Shown here: positions 22,593-31,790 of the stretch, one piece after another
Layout: the number at the start of each line of letters is the position of its first letter
Position numbering within the stretch: position 1 is the first letter of the stretch
DNA from: an uncultured Phycisphaerales bacterium
GTDB taxonomy: Bacteria; Planctomycetota; Phycisphaerae; Tepidisphaerales; Tepidisphaeraceae
Reading direction: 5' to 3'
DNA length: 64,000 bases
NCBI GenBank assembly: GCA_963792535.1
Contig: CAWBWQ010000001.1
Span: 1 to 64,000 of the forward strand
Made by a program: the position numbers and the translations under genes
Notes under the pieces: generated by a model
Told to the model about the DNA's origin: nothing
The model's database searches: none
Seen by the model: the letters and a program-made list of their open reading frames with translations, nothing else

Positions 22593-22979
22593 ATGCCGCG
22601 TATCGCAGGCGTAGACATTCCAAATGATAAGCCGATCTGGGTGAGCCTTTGCTACATCTACGGGGTCGGACCGCACAATAGCCGCGTGCTCCTCAAGGAA
22701 GCGGGAATCGACCCGGTTCGTCGTGCACGGGAGATCACCGAGGACGAACTCGCCAAGATTATTGGTTTGATCGACAAGAGTTATCTCGTTGAAGGTGCCC
22801 TTCGTCGGCAAATTCAGCAGAACATTGCCCGGTTGAAAGATATTCAAAGTTATCGCGGGAATCGGCATCGCCGAAGCCTGCCGACGCGCGGTCAGCGCAC
22901 GCGCAGCAACGCACGCGTCCGCAAAGGTCCGCGTAAGACAGTTGCCGGTAAGAAGGGCGTGAAGGAACTCGGTAAGTAA
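22593..22979 (+). CDS. rpsM: 30S ribosomal protein S13
   Basis: Motifs MPRIAGVDIP and YRGNRHRRSLPTRGQRTRSNAR. Confidence 0.98.
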   Translation: MPRIAGVDIPNDKPIWVSLCYIYGVGPHNSRVLLKEAGIDPVRRAREITEDELAKIIGLIDKSYLVEGALRRQIQQNIARLKDIQSYRGNRHRRSLPTRGQRTRSNARVRKGPRKTVAGKKGVKELGK

Positions 22980-23116
22980 AAGCTGACATATAGATATCAG
23001 AATGCCCAAGTGTGGTTTGAGCATTTTGTTTTCTTCTGTCACCGGCTTCATCGCTCAGCATTTAACCCTGCGGGTACGGCCGTTGAGCCGGATGATCCGC
23101 AAAGGAAAAGAATACC

Positions 23117-23521
23117 ATGTCCGAACAAGCAAAATCAGGCGGCAAAGCCGCCCCGAAGAAAAAGCTTCGCAAGGGTGTTACCCGTGGCGTCGCGCATGTC
23201 TGCTCAACTTTCAACAATACGATGGTGACCATCACCGATACCAACGGGGAAACCATTTCCTGGGCATCGGCGGGGACGGTCGGATTCAAAGGCGCTCGAA
23301 AGAGCACCCCGTTCGCTGCGGGTCGCGCCGCTGAGAAGGCTGGCGCCGAAGCTCGCAAGCACGGCATGGTTGAAGTGGAAGTGAAAGTAAAAGGACCAGG
23401 CGCAGGTCGAGAGCAGGCCATCTTGAACCTGCAAAACGCGGGTTTGAAGGTAACTGGGATCGAAGACGTAACCCCGCTGCCTCATAACGGTTGCCGGCCA
23501 CCGAAGAAGCGGCGAGTGTAA
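23117..23521 (+). CDS. rpsK: 30S ribosomal protein S11
   Basis: Motifs [14 protein letters not shown] and [18 protein letters not shown]. Confidence 0.98.
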   Translation: MSEQAKSGGKAAPKKKLRKGVTRGVAHVCSTFNNTMVTITDTNGETISWASAGTVGFKGARKSTPFAAGRAAEKAGAEARKHGMVEVEVKVKGPGAGREQAILNLQNAGLKVTGIEDVTPLPHNGCRPPKKRRV

Positions 23522-23592
23522 GAAATCGAGAATAGAGGATGGAAGATTGAGGATCGAAGCATTTGCTAGCCTCTATCTTCTATCCTCAGTTT
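23522..23592 (+). repeat. Second inverted heptamer repeat family, copy 2
   Basis: atcgagaatagaggatggaagattgaggatcgaa ... ctctatcttctatcctcagttt. Confidence 0.75.
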
Positions 23593-23714
23593 GAAGCCAG
23601 GCCTACAATAGAAACTTAAAAAGCGCCTCCTCGACGAGGCGGGAGACAGATGGCCCCTTCGGTTGGGGCGGTAACCTCCTGCAATTCGAGAACTGGCGGA
23701 CCAAGGAGACTAGT

Positions 23715-24803
23715 ATGCGAATTCGATGGCGTGGACTTGAGTTGCCTTCCCGGGTTATCCGCGACGAGCAGCTTTCAACGGAAACTTACGGAAAATTTTC
23801 TGCTGAGCCTTTTGAACGAGGCTTTGGCACCACCGTCGGTAACAGCCTGCGGCGAATCCTGCTCAGCAGCCTCGAGGGCGCAGCTGTCACCCACATCCGA
23901 CTCAAAGGCGCGGAGCACGAATTTTCCAGCCTGCCCGGTGTGATGGAAGATGCCACCGATATCATTCTCAATGTCAAAAGTCTGGTGGTTAAGCTCGACT
24001 CCGACGATGTGAAAGAAATCAAAGTCACGGCCAACAAGGCCGGCCCCGTCACCGCCGGAATGATCGAGACCGATGCCAATGTCACGATCATTAATAAAGA
24101 CCTGGTCCTTGCGACGTTGACTGAAGACGTACCTTTTGAACTGACTCTGACCGTTAGCAAGGGTCGCGGTTACGTAACCGCTGCTGAAAACATTGCCGAT
24201 GAGGACGAGCAGGAGATTGGCACAATTGCGGTCGACAGCATCTATTCACCGGTGACGCGCGTTCGATACGCTACCGAAGACGCCCGGGTGGGTCAGAAGA
24301 CCGATTACGATCGCCTGATTCTGGAGATCTGGACTAACGGCACACTGACGCCGGAGATGGCGCTGGTTGAAGCCAGCAAGATTCTCCGCAAGCATCTGAG
24401 CCCGTTCGTGCAGTATTTCGAACTGGGATCCGATGTTGCCAACGAGGAAGCCATCAGCGCCCTGCGCGATGCCAACAAGGCGATGATCGACCCCGAGCTT
24501 CAGCAGAAGTTGAACATGAGTATCCAGGAACTGGACCTCAGCGTTCGCGCTAACAACTGCCTGGAATCGGCCAAGATTGCCACTGTCCGTGAATTGGTGA
24601 AGAAGACCGATTCGGATCTGTTGAAGGTTCGCAGCTTTGGCAAGACGAGCCTCCGCGAAGTCAAGCGTAAGCTTGCTGACATGGGCCTTAGCCTCGGTAT
24701 GGATCTCGATGCCGCTCAGGTGCAGGCCGCCAGCATGCTTGACGATGATGAGCTGGAAGAGGATGAAGTAGAAGCCGGCGCTGAAGAGACGGCAAATCAG
24801 TAA
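23715..24803 (+). CDS. rpoA: RNA polymerase subunit alpha
   Basis: Motifs EPFERGFGTTVGNSLRRILLSSL, LSVRANNCL and RSFGKTSLREV; AAGGAG SD. Confidence 0.98.
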   Translation: MRIRWRGLELPSRVIRDEQLSTETYGKFSAEPFERGFGTTVGNSLRRILLSSLEGAAVTHIRLKGAEHEFSSLPGVMEDATDIILNVKSLVVKLDSDDVKEIKVTANKAGPVTAGMIETDANVTIINKDLVLATLTEDVPFELTLTVSKGRGYVTAAENIADEDEQEIGTIAVDSIYSPVTRVRYATEDARVGQKTDYDRLILEIWTNGTLTPEMALVEASKILRKHLSPFVQYFELGSDVANEEAISALRDANKAMIDPELQQKLNMSIQELDLSVRANNCLESAKIATVRELVKKTDSDLLKVRSFGKTSLREVKRKLADMGLSLGMDLDAAQVQAASMLDDDELEEDEVEAGAEETANQ

Positions 24804-24899
24804 GATTGTCCCCTGTCAGTGGTCCATGATTGATTGATTGTTACAGTCTGTAACAAACAATTGATGACGGACAACTGATCTGATGATTGGAGCATTGCA

Positions 24900-25457
24900 A
24901 TGTCAAGCCACAGACTATTTGGCCGTCAGTTATCCCGAGACTCCGAACATCGTCTCGCGATGCGCAGGAATCTTGTTCAAAGTCTTTTCGAACATGGTGC
25001 AGTGCGCACCACCATGCCCAAGGCCAAGGAGGTGCGTGGGCTCGCTGAGAAGTGCATCACTCTCAGCCGCACCGGTACTGTCAACGCCCGGCGTAAGGTG
25101 ACTGCACTGATTAACGACCGCCGACTGGTGGACGAAGCTCAGGACTTCACCGGCGAGACCGTGGTGGGCAAACTGTTTAAGGACATTGCTCCGAAGTTTG
25201 CCGATCGCGCGGGTGGTTACACGCGTATCATTAAAACCAGCGATTTCCGAATCGGTGATGCCGGTGACATCGTATTGCTGCAACTGGCAGATGAGAAGCT
25301 GGCACCCACTGGCACTGTCCGTCGCTCGGCTGGGCTTCGTAAGAAGCGCAACGAAAAGCGGCATCAGTTCGCGGGTCAGGCTCTCAAGGCAGCTAAGACT
25401 GAAAAGTCAGAGCCAACTCCGACCGAACCGGCTGCAACGGAAGTTCCGCCTACCTGA
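24900..25457 (+). CDS. rplQ: 50S ribosomal protein L17 (C-terminally extended)
   Basis: Motifs LSRDSEHRLAMRRNL, TTMPKAKE, GGYTRIIK and RIGDAG. Confidence 0.96.
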   Translation: MSSHRLFGRQLSRDSEHRLAMRRNLVQSLFEHGAVRTTMPKAKEVRGLAEKCITLSRTGTVNARRKVTALINDRRLVDEAQDFTGETVVGKLFKDIAPKFADRAGGYTRIIKTSDFRIGDAGDIVLLQLADEKLAPTGTVRRSAGLRKKRNEKRHQFAGQALKAAKTEKSEPTPTEPAATEVPPT

Positions 25458-25499
25458 TGCTGCCGATCGTTACAGATTGCAATTCAAAACGAAATAGAG

Positions 25500-25533
25500 A
25501 CAACCGGTCGGAGACGACCGGTTGTTTGTTTTT
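25500..25533 (+). terminator. Intrinsic terminator of the r-protein superoperon
   Basis: acaaccggtcg-gaga-cgaccggttgt followed by ttgttttt. Confidence 0.85.
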
Positions 25534-25785
25534 AGGCTTGATCGCGCGTGACAGTAGCCATCCGTGCATTGCAAATTTTTATTGAGGAATCGGTGTTATA
25601 AGACGGTATCTTTCACTTCGAATATCCCTCCGCAGATAGCAATTTTCCCTTTGCCTTTTTCAGTCAGCTCGATACGCTCTCGACCCTCGATTATGGCGGC
25701 GCGGTTTTGACAATGCGGCTGACGGGATGTTCCTGCCACTTCAAAAACGCTGTTATCTCGTGGTACTACGAATGGAAAGTTTCGA

Positions 25786-26829
25786 ATGAACAAGCTTCTA
25801 ACGGTTTTTGCTGCGCTTGCACTAGGTACGATCGTCGCCTCTACCGCGTCGGCGGATCAAGTCCTGACGACCACCGGTGACACGGTTGAAGGGACTATTA
25901 AAAGTGTGACCGCCGGTGTAATGACGGTGAGTTCGCCGGGTCTGGGGGATGTGTCTGTGCCACTGGGCCACGTTCAGACTTTTTCTACTGAGAAACCAAT
26001 TGTCATTCAGCTGCCCGATGGCACGCAAATCAACAGCCAGGTGGCTTCGTCAACAGCGGGGAACATCACGCTGCAGCGAGGCGATGGGCTGACGCCGGAG
26101 CAACTTTCGGTTTCAGCGATTGATGCCATCAATCCCAAGGCGTTCTCCATGTCCATCGCGGTGGGCGCGATCCTCACGAGAGGCAATACGTTTACCGACA
26201 GCATAAACGCCGGGCTTAAGATGGAATACGTGGTGGGCAGGGAAGACTTCAGCATTGCTGGTGAATATCTGTACGGCAGGCAAAAGACACGCGACACCAG
26301 CGTAGCACCTGTACGAACGACCACCACGACAACTACCGACCGCTGGGAAGTAGACGGGAAATACCAGCACTTTTTCAGCAAGAAGTTTTACGGGTATGCG
26401 GATGTGGATGTGACAAAGGATCGCATCGCGTTGTTGGACATCCGGGTCGTGCCATCGGTGGGCGTTGGGTATGACTTGCTTAATAAGTCGCCGCTCAAAT
26501 TAAGCGTTGAAGGTGGTGCTGCATACATGTACCAGCAGTACAGCAATTCAACACCGACGCAAAGCGCGATCGCGCTGAAGCTTGCGTATCATCTCACGTA
26601 TGATTTCAACCCACGTATTCAGCTGTTTAACGACGTAATTTATTATCCCACGCTGGCTCACATCTCCAGCGGAATCTTTTTGATTAACGCGGATATCGGC
26701 GTGCATGCAAAGCTGACGCAAAAGCTCTTTGGAGAATTGAAGGTTGAATGGGATTACAATTCTAACCCCGCTAACAACGCATTAAAGAATGACGAGCGGT
26801 ACATTGCCAGCCTGGGGTATGCAATTTAA
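25786..26829 (+). CDS. Outer-membrane beta-barrel protein, DUF481/YdiY-like
   Basis: Signal peptide ending ASA-D, small N-terminal beta domain, RGNT motif, alternating aromatic strands, C-terminal LGYAI. Confidence 0.65.
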   Translation: MNKLLTVFAALALGTIVASTASADQVLTTTGDTVEGTIKSVTAGVMTVSSPGLGDVSVPLGHVQTFSTEKPIVIQLPDGTQINSQVASSTAGNITLQRGDGLTPEQLSVSAIDAINPKAFSMSIAVGAILTRGNTFTDSINAGLKMEYVVGREDFSIAGEYLYGRQKTRDTSVAPVRTTTTTTTDRWEVDGKYQHFFSKKFYGYADVDVTKDRIALLDIRVVPSVGVGYDLLNKSPLKLSVEGGAAYMYQQYSNSTPTQSAIALKLAYHLTYDFNPRIQLFNDVIYYPTLAHISSGIFLINADIGVHAKLTQKLFGELKVEWDYNSNPANNALKNDERYIASLGYAI

Positions 26830-26898
26830 AAAATGAACGCAACTGCGGACCGGATCAGGTGTATGAGAAGGCGGGGTTTGCTATCAGAAGGAAACGAA

Positions 26899-27657
26899 AT
26901 GCGATTGAGTAAATTGAGCCTTGGGTTGATCTGTCTGATCGCCGTGACTGGGATGAAGTCAGGCGTGATGGCCGCCGAGCCCGCAACGCAGGCGGCATCC
27001 GGACCGTCCAAGGTTATAGCGGATGTTGCTTCGCCAAAGACCGGCAAGAGCGGCGTGCGGTTCATGCAGCTGCACGAATCTTTTTTAAAACGTGCGCAAG
27101 CGGGCGATATCGACCTGCTTTTTCTAGGCGATTCTATCACTGAAGGATGGGCCGGTCGGGGAAAAGACGTCTGGAACGCGACCTACACCAAATATAAACC
27201 GGCCAATTTCGGTATCGGCGGGGATCAGACCGAGCATGTGCTGTGGAGAATCGATAACGGGGAACTCGATGGGATCAAGCCCAAGGTGCTGGTGTTGATG
27301 ATCGGCACGAACAATGTGGGGAGTAATTCAGCCGATGAAATCGTAGCTGCGGACACCAAAATTGTGCAGGAAATTCACCAGAAGCTTCCCGAAACCAAAG
27401 TGCTTTTGCTCGCGGTATTTCCGCGTGATGCTTCACCGAGCAGTGCCCGTCGGGAGAAGATCAAGCTGGTGAATGCGCAACTTGCCAAGCTGGAAGACGG
27501 TAAGATGACGCGTTACCTCGATTTCGGCGACAAGTTTCTCACACCGGACGGGACGCTCACAAAGGACATCATGCCCGACTACCTGCATCCCAACGCCAAG
27601 GGATACCAGATCTGGGCCGACGCAATGCAGCCGCTCTTGGATGAGATGATGAAGTAA
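26899..27657 (+). CDS. Secreted SGNH/GDSL hydrolase (PAF-acetylhydrolase-like)
   Basis: Motifs GDSIT, GIGGD, GTNN and DYLHP; signal peptide from MRLSKL. Confidence 0.9.
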   Translation: MRLSKLSLGLICLIAVTGMKSGVMAAEPATQAASGPSKVIADVASPKTGKSGVRFMQLHESFLKRAQAGDIDLLFLGDSITEGWAGRGKDVWNATYTKYKPANFGIGGDQTEHVLWRIDNGELDGIKPKVLVLMIGTNNVGSNSADEIVAADTKIVQEIHQKLPETKVLLLAVFPRDASPSSARREKIKLVNAQLAKLEDGKMTRYLDFGDKFLTPDGTLTKDIMPDYLHPNAKGYQIWADAMQPLLDEMMK

Positions 27658-27698
27658 TCTGCGACTGCTGCTTGTGTATTCATTACCGCCCAAAGATG

Positions 27699-27729
27699 AG
27701 AAGGCCATTCGTGGCCTTCTTTTCTTTTT
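27699..27729 (+). terminator. Intrinsic terminator
   Basis: agaaggcca-ttcg-tggccttct followed by tttcttttt. Confidence 0.8.
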
Positions 27730-27731
27730 GC

Positions 27732-28700
27732 TCACGCGGTCGCAAAGCGAGGTTCGTTCAGTTTGAGTTTCGGGATTTTTGCGATCTGGGCGGCGTGGTC
27801 TTTCATCGCCACCACATTAAAACTGCCGCCAAGGATTTGAAAGATCCGGTCCATGATCTGCATTTTCTTTTCACCGGGCAGATTCATTGCGGGGAAAAAA
27901 GAAAGATCTTTTTCATCATCACCACCCAGAAAATCCAGGGGATGCAGCAGGATCGAAGGTGGGGTACCTGTGACGCGGCACAGCCACAGCGCGGTCTTCA
28001 AATACATCATCGCAAGCATTTCTGAATAGCAACTGAGATACAGAATATAACTCGCGTGGATCGGCACCTTGAAAATCGGCATGGTGGTTACCGGAATCTC
28101 AATTAACTCGCCGGCGTCGGTGCGGAAGCGATATGGTTTCAAGGGGCGAAAGCCTTCGGTGAACTTTCCAAACAAGGCTTTTCGTGTGGTCAACTCAGCC
28201 TTGGACAGCGTGCTGTGCATGAAGTAATAAAGCCGCCCGAGTGGTCCCAGAAATGTGGGAAATGTAGACGCATCGTAGCTATACCCCATGCGCTTAAGCG
28301 TGGTGAGCGTTGCCTGGGAGCAACTGAAACCCGGCCCGCGAAAACCGGTCGGGCGATAACCGGTCACTTTTTCGATTGCTTCCTGAGCCGAGCGTAATTC
28401 GGTTTCGATCTCTGCATCGGAATACAGGTGCAGCCAGGGTTCATGCTTGAAAGAGTGATTTCCGATCTCGTGCCCCGCTGCGGATAAACTGGCAAGGACG
28501 GGGTGGTTCGATTCGATGGCCGCGTCCTGACCCACAACAAAAAAGGTGATCGTAAAATCGTGCTTTTTTAGTAAGCCAAGGACGCGCGGAATCAGCAGGT
28601 TCAGGTAAGACGGATAGCTTTCCCAGCCGGCATCGCCGTGGGTCTTCATGTAGGACCACTTGTTATCCAGGTCAAGGCTAAGGCTCGCTATAGGCTTCAT
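27732..28700 (-). CDS. Polysaccharide deacetylase family protein
   Basis: Motifs LSLDLD, TFFVVG, HEIGNHSFKH, GFRGPG and LLHP. Confidence 0.85.
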   Translation of the reverse strand: MKPIASLSLDLDNKWSYMKTHGDAGWESYPSYLNLLIPRVLGLLKKHDFTITFFVVGQDAAIESNHPVLASLSAAGHEIGNHSFKHEPWLHLYSDAEIETELRSAQEAIEKVTGYRPTGFRGPGFSCSQATLTTLKRMGYSYDASTFPTFLGPLGRLYYFMHSTLSKAELTTRKALFGKFTEGFRPLKPYRFRTDAGELIEIPVTTMPIFKVPIHASYILYLSCYSEMLAMMYLKTALWLCRVTGTPPSILLHPLDFLGGDDEKDLSFFPAMNLPGEKKMQIMDRIFQILGGSFNVVAMKDHAAQIAKIPKLKLNEPRFATA

Positions 28701-30028
28701 GCAACATCCTTCAACAAATCGTCGGCGGCGGTGTTGGCCAGTTGAATCGTTTCATTCACATTCAGCGTTCCGTTGGAAATATGCGCGGAATTGATGATGT
28801 GGACGCCGGGAACATTTGTTTTCATCGGCGGCAAATTGTCTGAGTAATTCAGTGTGGAAATTGCCAGCACGCGGCGCACGCGAGAGACTTGAAACGCGAT
28901 TACTTCATTCGCGGCAAAGCCCGGATACATCTTTTCCAACGCGCCGATGAACGTCGCGCGAATCTCATCGTCTGTTTTTTCGAACATCGGATCCGTGGGA
29001 TCCACATACTTTGGGAGATAAACCAGGCAGTTACCACCGAACTGGTCGCGATCGACCAGGGCGGACATTTCAATGACAGCCGTGAACGGCACCCATGAGT
29101 CGATCAGATTCGTAACGTAATAGTCTGCCAGTGGATTTTTCAACAGAACCGAAGCGCAGATGATCCCCTGGTAGCGAATGCCGTTGAGTTTATCGTGCTG
29201 ATCCTGCGACAGTGCCGGGCATAGAGACGACGCAATCGACGACGGAAGCGTCATGACCACCTGATCGAATGTGCGACGGTCGCCACCGGCGAGCTCCACA
29301 TCGACCGTACCGTCGGACTGCGCGTCTACGCGTCGGGCGGTGGAGTTCAGTTTGATCTCAACGCCTTCGGATTTGAGCAGATCTTCAAAGTGCTTGAAGA
29401 ACTTACCGTAACCGCCAGGGAGATAGCCGAACATCTCCTGCTTTAATCCACTGCGCCGGGCCGCATACATGCGGGCGATGATGGCCCAGATGAATGCGGC
29501 GGACGCGTGCTGATAATTCTCGCCGAGCTTGGCGCGAAGCAACGGTCGCCACATTTTTTCAAACACGCTTTTACCGGATAACCGGGTGAGCCACTCCGCC
29601 ACGGGAATCGATTCCAGCCGCTTTGGATTTTTAACGCGGGCTGCATATGCGATGGTCGCGCCGAGGCGGAATTTTCCGATCAGAGAAAGCGGTGGGAATT
29701 TTAAAAATTCCAGCGAGTTGGACATCGAATACAGCTTGCCGCCCATGTAAAAACCGGTGCGGGTGGTGACCCATTTCATCTGGTCATCCAGCTGCAGCGT
29801 GCGGAGCATGTCGCGCAGGTGCGAGTCGGACAGCAGCGTGACGTGATAATGCCGATCCCACGAAATACCGTTGAGATTCCACGCACTGGCGAGCCCGCCG
29901 AGCTCCGAGGCCGACTCGAAAACAGTCACGCGATGCCCCGCCTTGGAAAGACGGTGTGCCAATGTCATGCCGAGCACACCGCCACCGAGGATGGCGAAAG
30001 ATTTCAAAGACGTCGGCATTTTGTTCAC
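28697..30028 (-). CDS. FAD-dependent oxidoreductase (protoporphyrinogen/amine oxidase-like)
   Basis: GGGVLG Rossmann motif, VFE..ELGGLA and DRHYH; 4-nt overlap with the next gene. Confidence 0.8.
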   Translation of the reverse strand: MNKMPTSLKSFAILGGGVLGMTLAHRLSKAGHRVTVFESASELGGLASAWNLNGISWDRHYHVTLLSDSHLRDMLRTLQLDDQMKWVTTRTGFYMGGKLYSMSNSLEFLKFPPLSLIGKFRLGATIAYAARVKNPKRLESIPVAEWLTRLSGKSVFEKMWRPLLRAKLGENYQHASAAFIWAIIARMYAARRSGLKQEMFGYLPGGYGKFFKHFEDLLKSEGVEIKLNSTARRVDAQSDGTVDVELAGGDRRTFDQVVMTLPSSIASSLCPALSQDQHDKLNGIRYQGIICASVLLKNPLADYYVTNLIDSWVPFTAVIEMSALVDRDQFGGNCLVYLPKYVDPTDPMFEKTDDEIRATFIGALEKMYPGFAANEVIAFQVSRVRRVLAISTLNYSDNLPPMKTNVPGVHIINSAHISNGTLNVNETIQLANTAADDLLKDVA

Positions 30029-30084
30029 GCTTTTGATTGCTGCAATCGGCTTCCCGCAGCTGAAGCCGCCGGCTGTTATGCAGG

Positions 30085-30693
30085 CTATGCTTCGTTAACT
30101 GTCTGTCCAAGAACATTATATTTCAGTCCACAAGCGCAGGTGAGCTCTGCGCTTGCGTCGCGATCCTGGGCAAATTTCATCAGTAATTGTCCGCATTTGC
30201 AAAGACATCCCACGCTGCGGGCCGGGTTGCCGAGCACCAGATGGAAATCGGGGACGCTTTTTGTGACCACCGATCCCATACCGACCATGGCCCACCGACC
30301 GATCGACAGGTCGTTGCCGATCACGCAGCCCGCGCCGATGGTCGACCCTTCGCGCACGAGTGTGGGAAGCGTATGTTCATCCGGATCGCTGGGCCGAAGA
30401 TGCTTTAAATCCGGGGTGGTTGCACGCGGAAACCGGTCATTGGTGAAGATCGTTCCTGCGCTGATCATAACGCCGTCTTCGATGGTGACGGCATTGCAGA
30501 TATAGACAAAAGCATTGATCTTGACGCGATGACCGATGGAGACGCCATAGGCGATGTAGGTTTTCTCACCCACGATGCATTGCTCGCCAATCGTGGTGCC
30601 GAAGCGAATATGAACATTATCCCAAACGCTTGTGTTGTCACCGATGGTAACGTCGTTTTCGATAATCGCAGTAGGGTGAATTCTAGCTGGCAT
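30085..30693 (-). CDS. Hexapeptide-repeat N-acyltransferase (WbpD/WlbB-like)
   Basis: IHPTAII, left-handed beta-helix repeats, FTNDRFPR, GNPAR, and a C-terminal CxCG..CxCG. Confidence 0.85.
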   Translation of the reverse strand: MPARIHPTAIIENDVTIGDNTSVWDNVHIRFGTTIGEQCIVGEKTYIAYGVSIGHRVKINAFVYICNAVTIEDGVMISAGTIFTNDRFPRATTPDLKHLRPSDPDEHTLPTLVREGSTIGAGCVIGNDLSIGRWAMVGMGSVVTKSVPDFHLVLGNPARSVGCLCKCGQLLMKFAQDRDASAELTCACGLKYNVLGQTVNEA

Positions 30694-30732
30694 TTTTAGT
30701 CCGAACCGAACCGGATCAATAATGTGTTTGTA

Positions 30733-31741
30733 CTACGCCGCTTTCCCAGGTTTGGCCGCGCCGTTTACGGTGATCCAGTTATGTTGTTTTAACGAAGCGT
30801 AAGCCGCTTCAATGACCTGTACACTCGCCAACGCGTCCTCGGCGGTAATCAGCAAAAGGTCCTCGCCAACAATACTGCGGGCAAAGTTTTCCAACTGACT
30901 GCGGAAAGCCTGCACCTTGTTGTAACCCTTGCCGAACACCACCCAGTCGCGGCTGCTGCTCTGGCGATACTTGCTTTCCTTCCAGCCTACGCTGATCGTG
31001 CCGTTGGAACCGTAAATGTTGATGTAGCTATCGAGTTCCTTGTTGATGCTCCAGGAAAGATCGACGTTCCCCATAACACCACCGCGGCTGCGGACAAAAA
31101 CGCGGACGGTGTCTTCCACGCTTAAACCCTGCACGCGTTTGCCTTCAACGACCTGAACATCACCGATGGGGCCCAGGAAATAGCGCATGATATCGACACT
31201 GTGCGCTCCGTTGTCGATCAGCACACCACCGCCGGAGATTTTGGGATTGCTGTTCCAGCGGGACGACATATCCACCCGGCTGGTAAAGGCGTTTTCGAAC
31301 AAGATCACTTCACCCAGAATGCCGCTGGTGACGATGCTCTTGGCACGGATTACATCATCGACATAGCGGAACTTGGATCCCATCGTGAGCTTGGCCCCGC
31401 TCTGCTGAGCGACGTCCAGCATTTTCTGCGCTGGCCGAGTCGACCGCCAACGGTTTTTCGCAGAGGACGTTGATCCCTTTTTCAAGGAAAAATGTGCTGA
31501 TCTCGGGATGCGTCGTGGGAGGCGTGCAGACGATGACGGCTTCGAATTTCTCGGCCTCCATCATCGTCTTGTACGATTCATAACTCGGGCAATTGAAGCC
31601 CTGCGCCAGTGCCTTGGCAGCTTCCAACCGGGTGTCAGCGACGGCCACCAATTGGGCGGTCTCGCAGCTTTCAAACGCCTGAGCGTAGCTTTGCGAGATC
31701 GCGCCAGCGCCCACCATTGCGAATCGTACCTTGCTTTGCAT
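30733..31741 (-). CDS. Gfo/Idh/MocA oxidoreductase (frameshift ~31430)
   Basis: The first frame has VGAGAIS and VLCEKPLA; the second has KFRY and GGGVLIDNGAHSVD. Confidence 0.85.
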
Positions 31742-31790
31742 TTCAGTTCTCCACAAATCCGGCCCCGCGGGCCACTGCTAAAAAAGATCT

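Larger units (their letters stand above)
9958..24899 (+). repeat. Dispersed inverted heptamer tandem repeats (TTGTCMG)n ... (ACAACKG)n in r-protein intergenic spacers
   Basis: Seen in spacers 9958-10061, 10677-10738, 11018-11067, 11935-12030, 12723-12803, 14693-14777, 15165-15257, 15597-15674, 16392-16478, 16749-16843, 17243-17330, 22509-22592 and 24804-24899. Partial copies lie at 17886-18020 and 18393-18406. Confidence 0.9.

Noticed and set aside
9958..24899. Heptamer and REP repeats as a CRISPR array
   Set aside because: No regular repeat-spacer period, whole genes lie between copies, and there are no cas genes.
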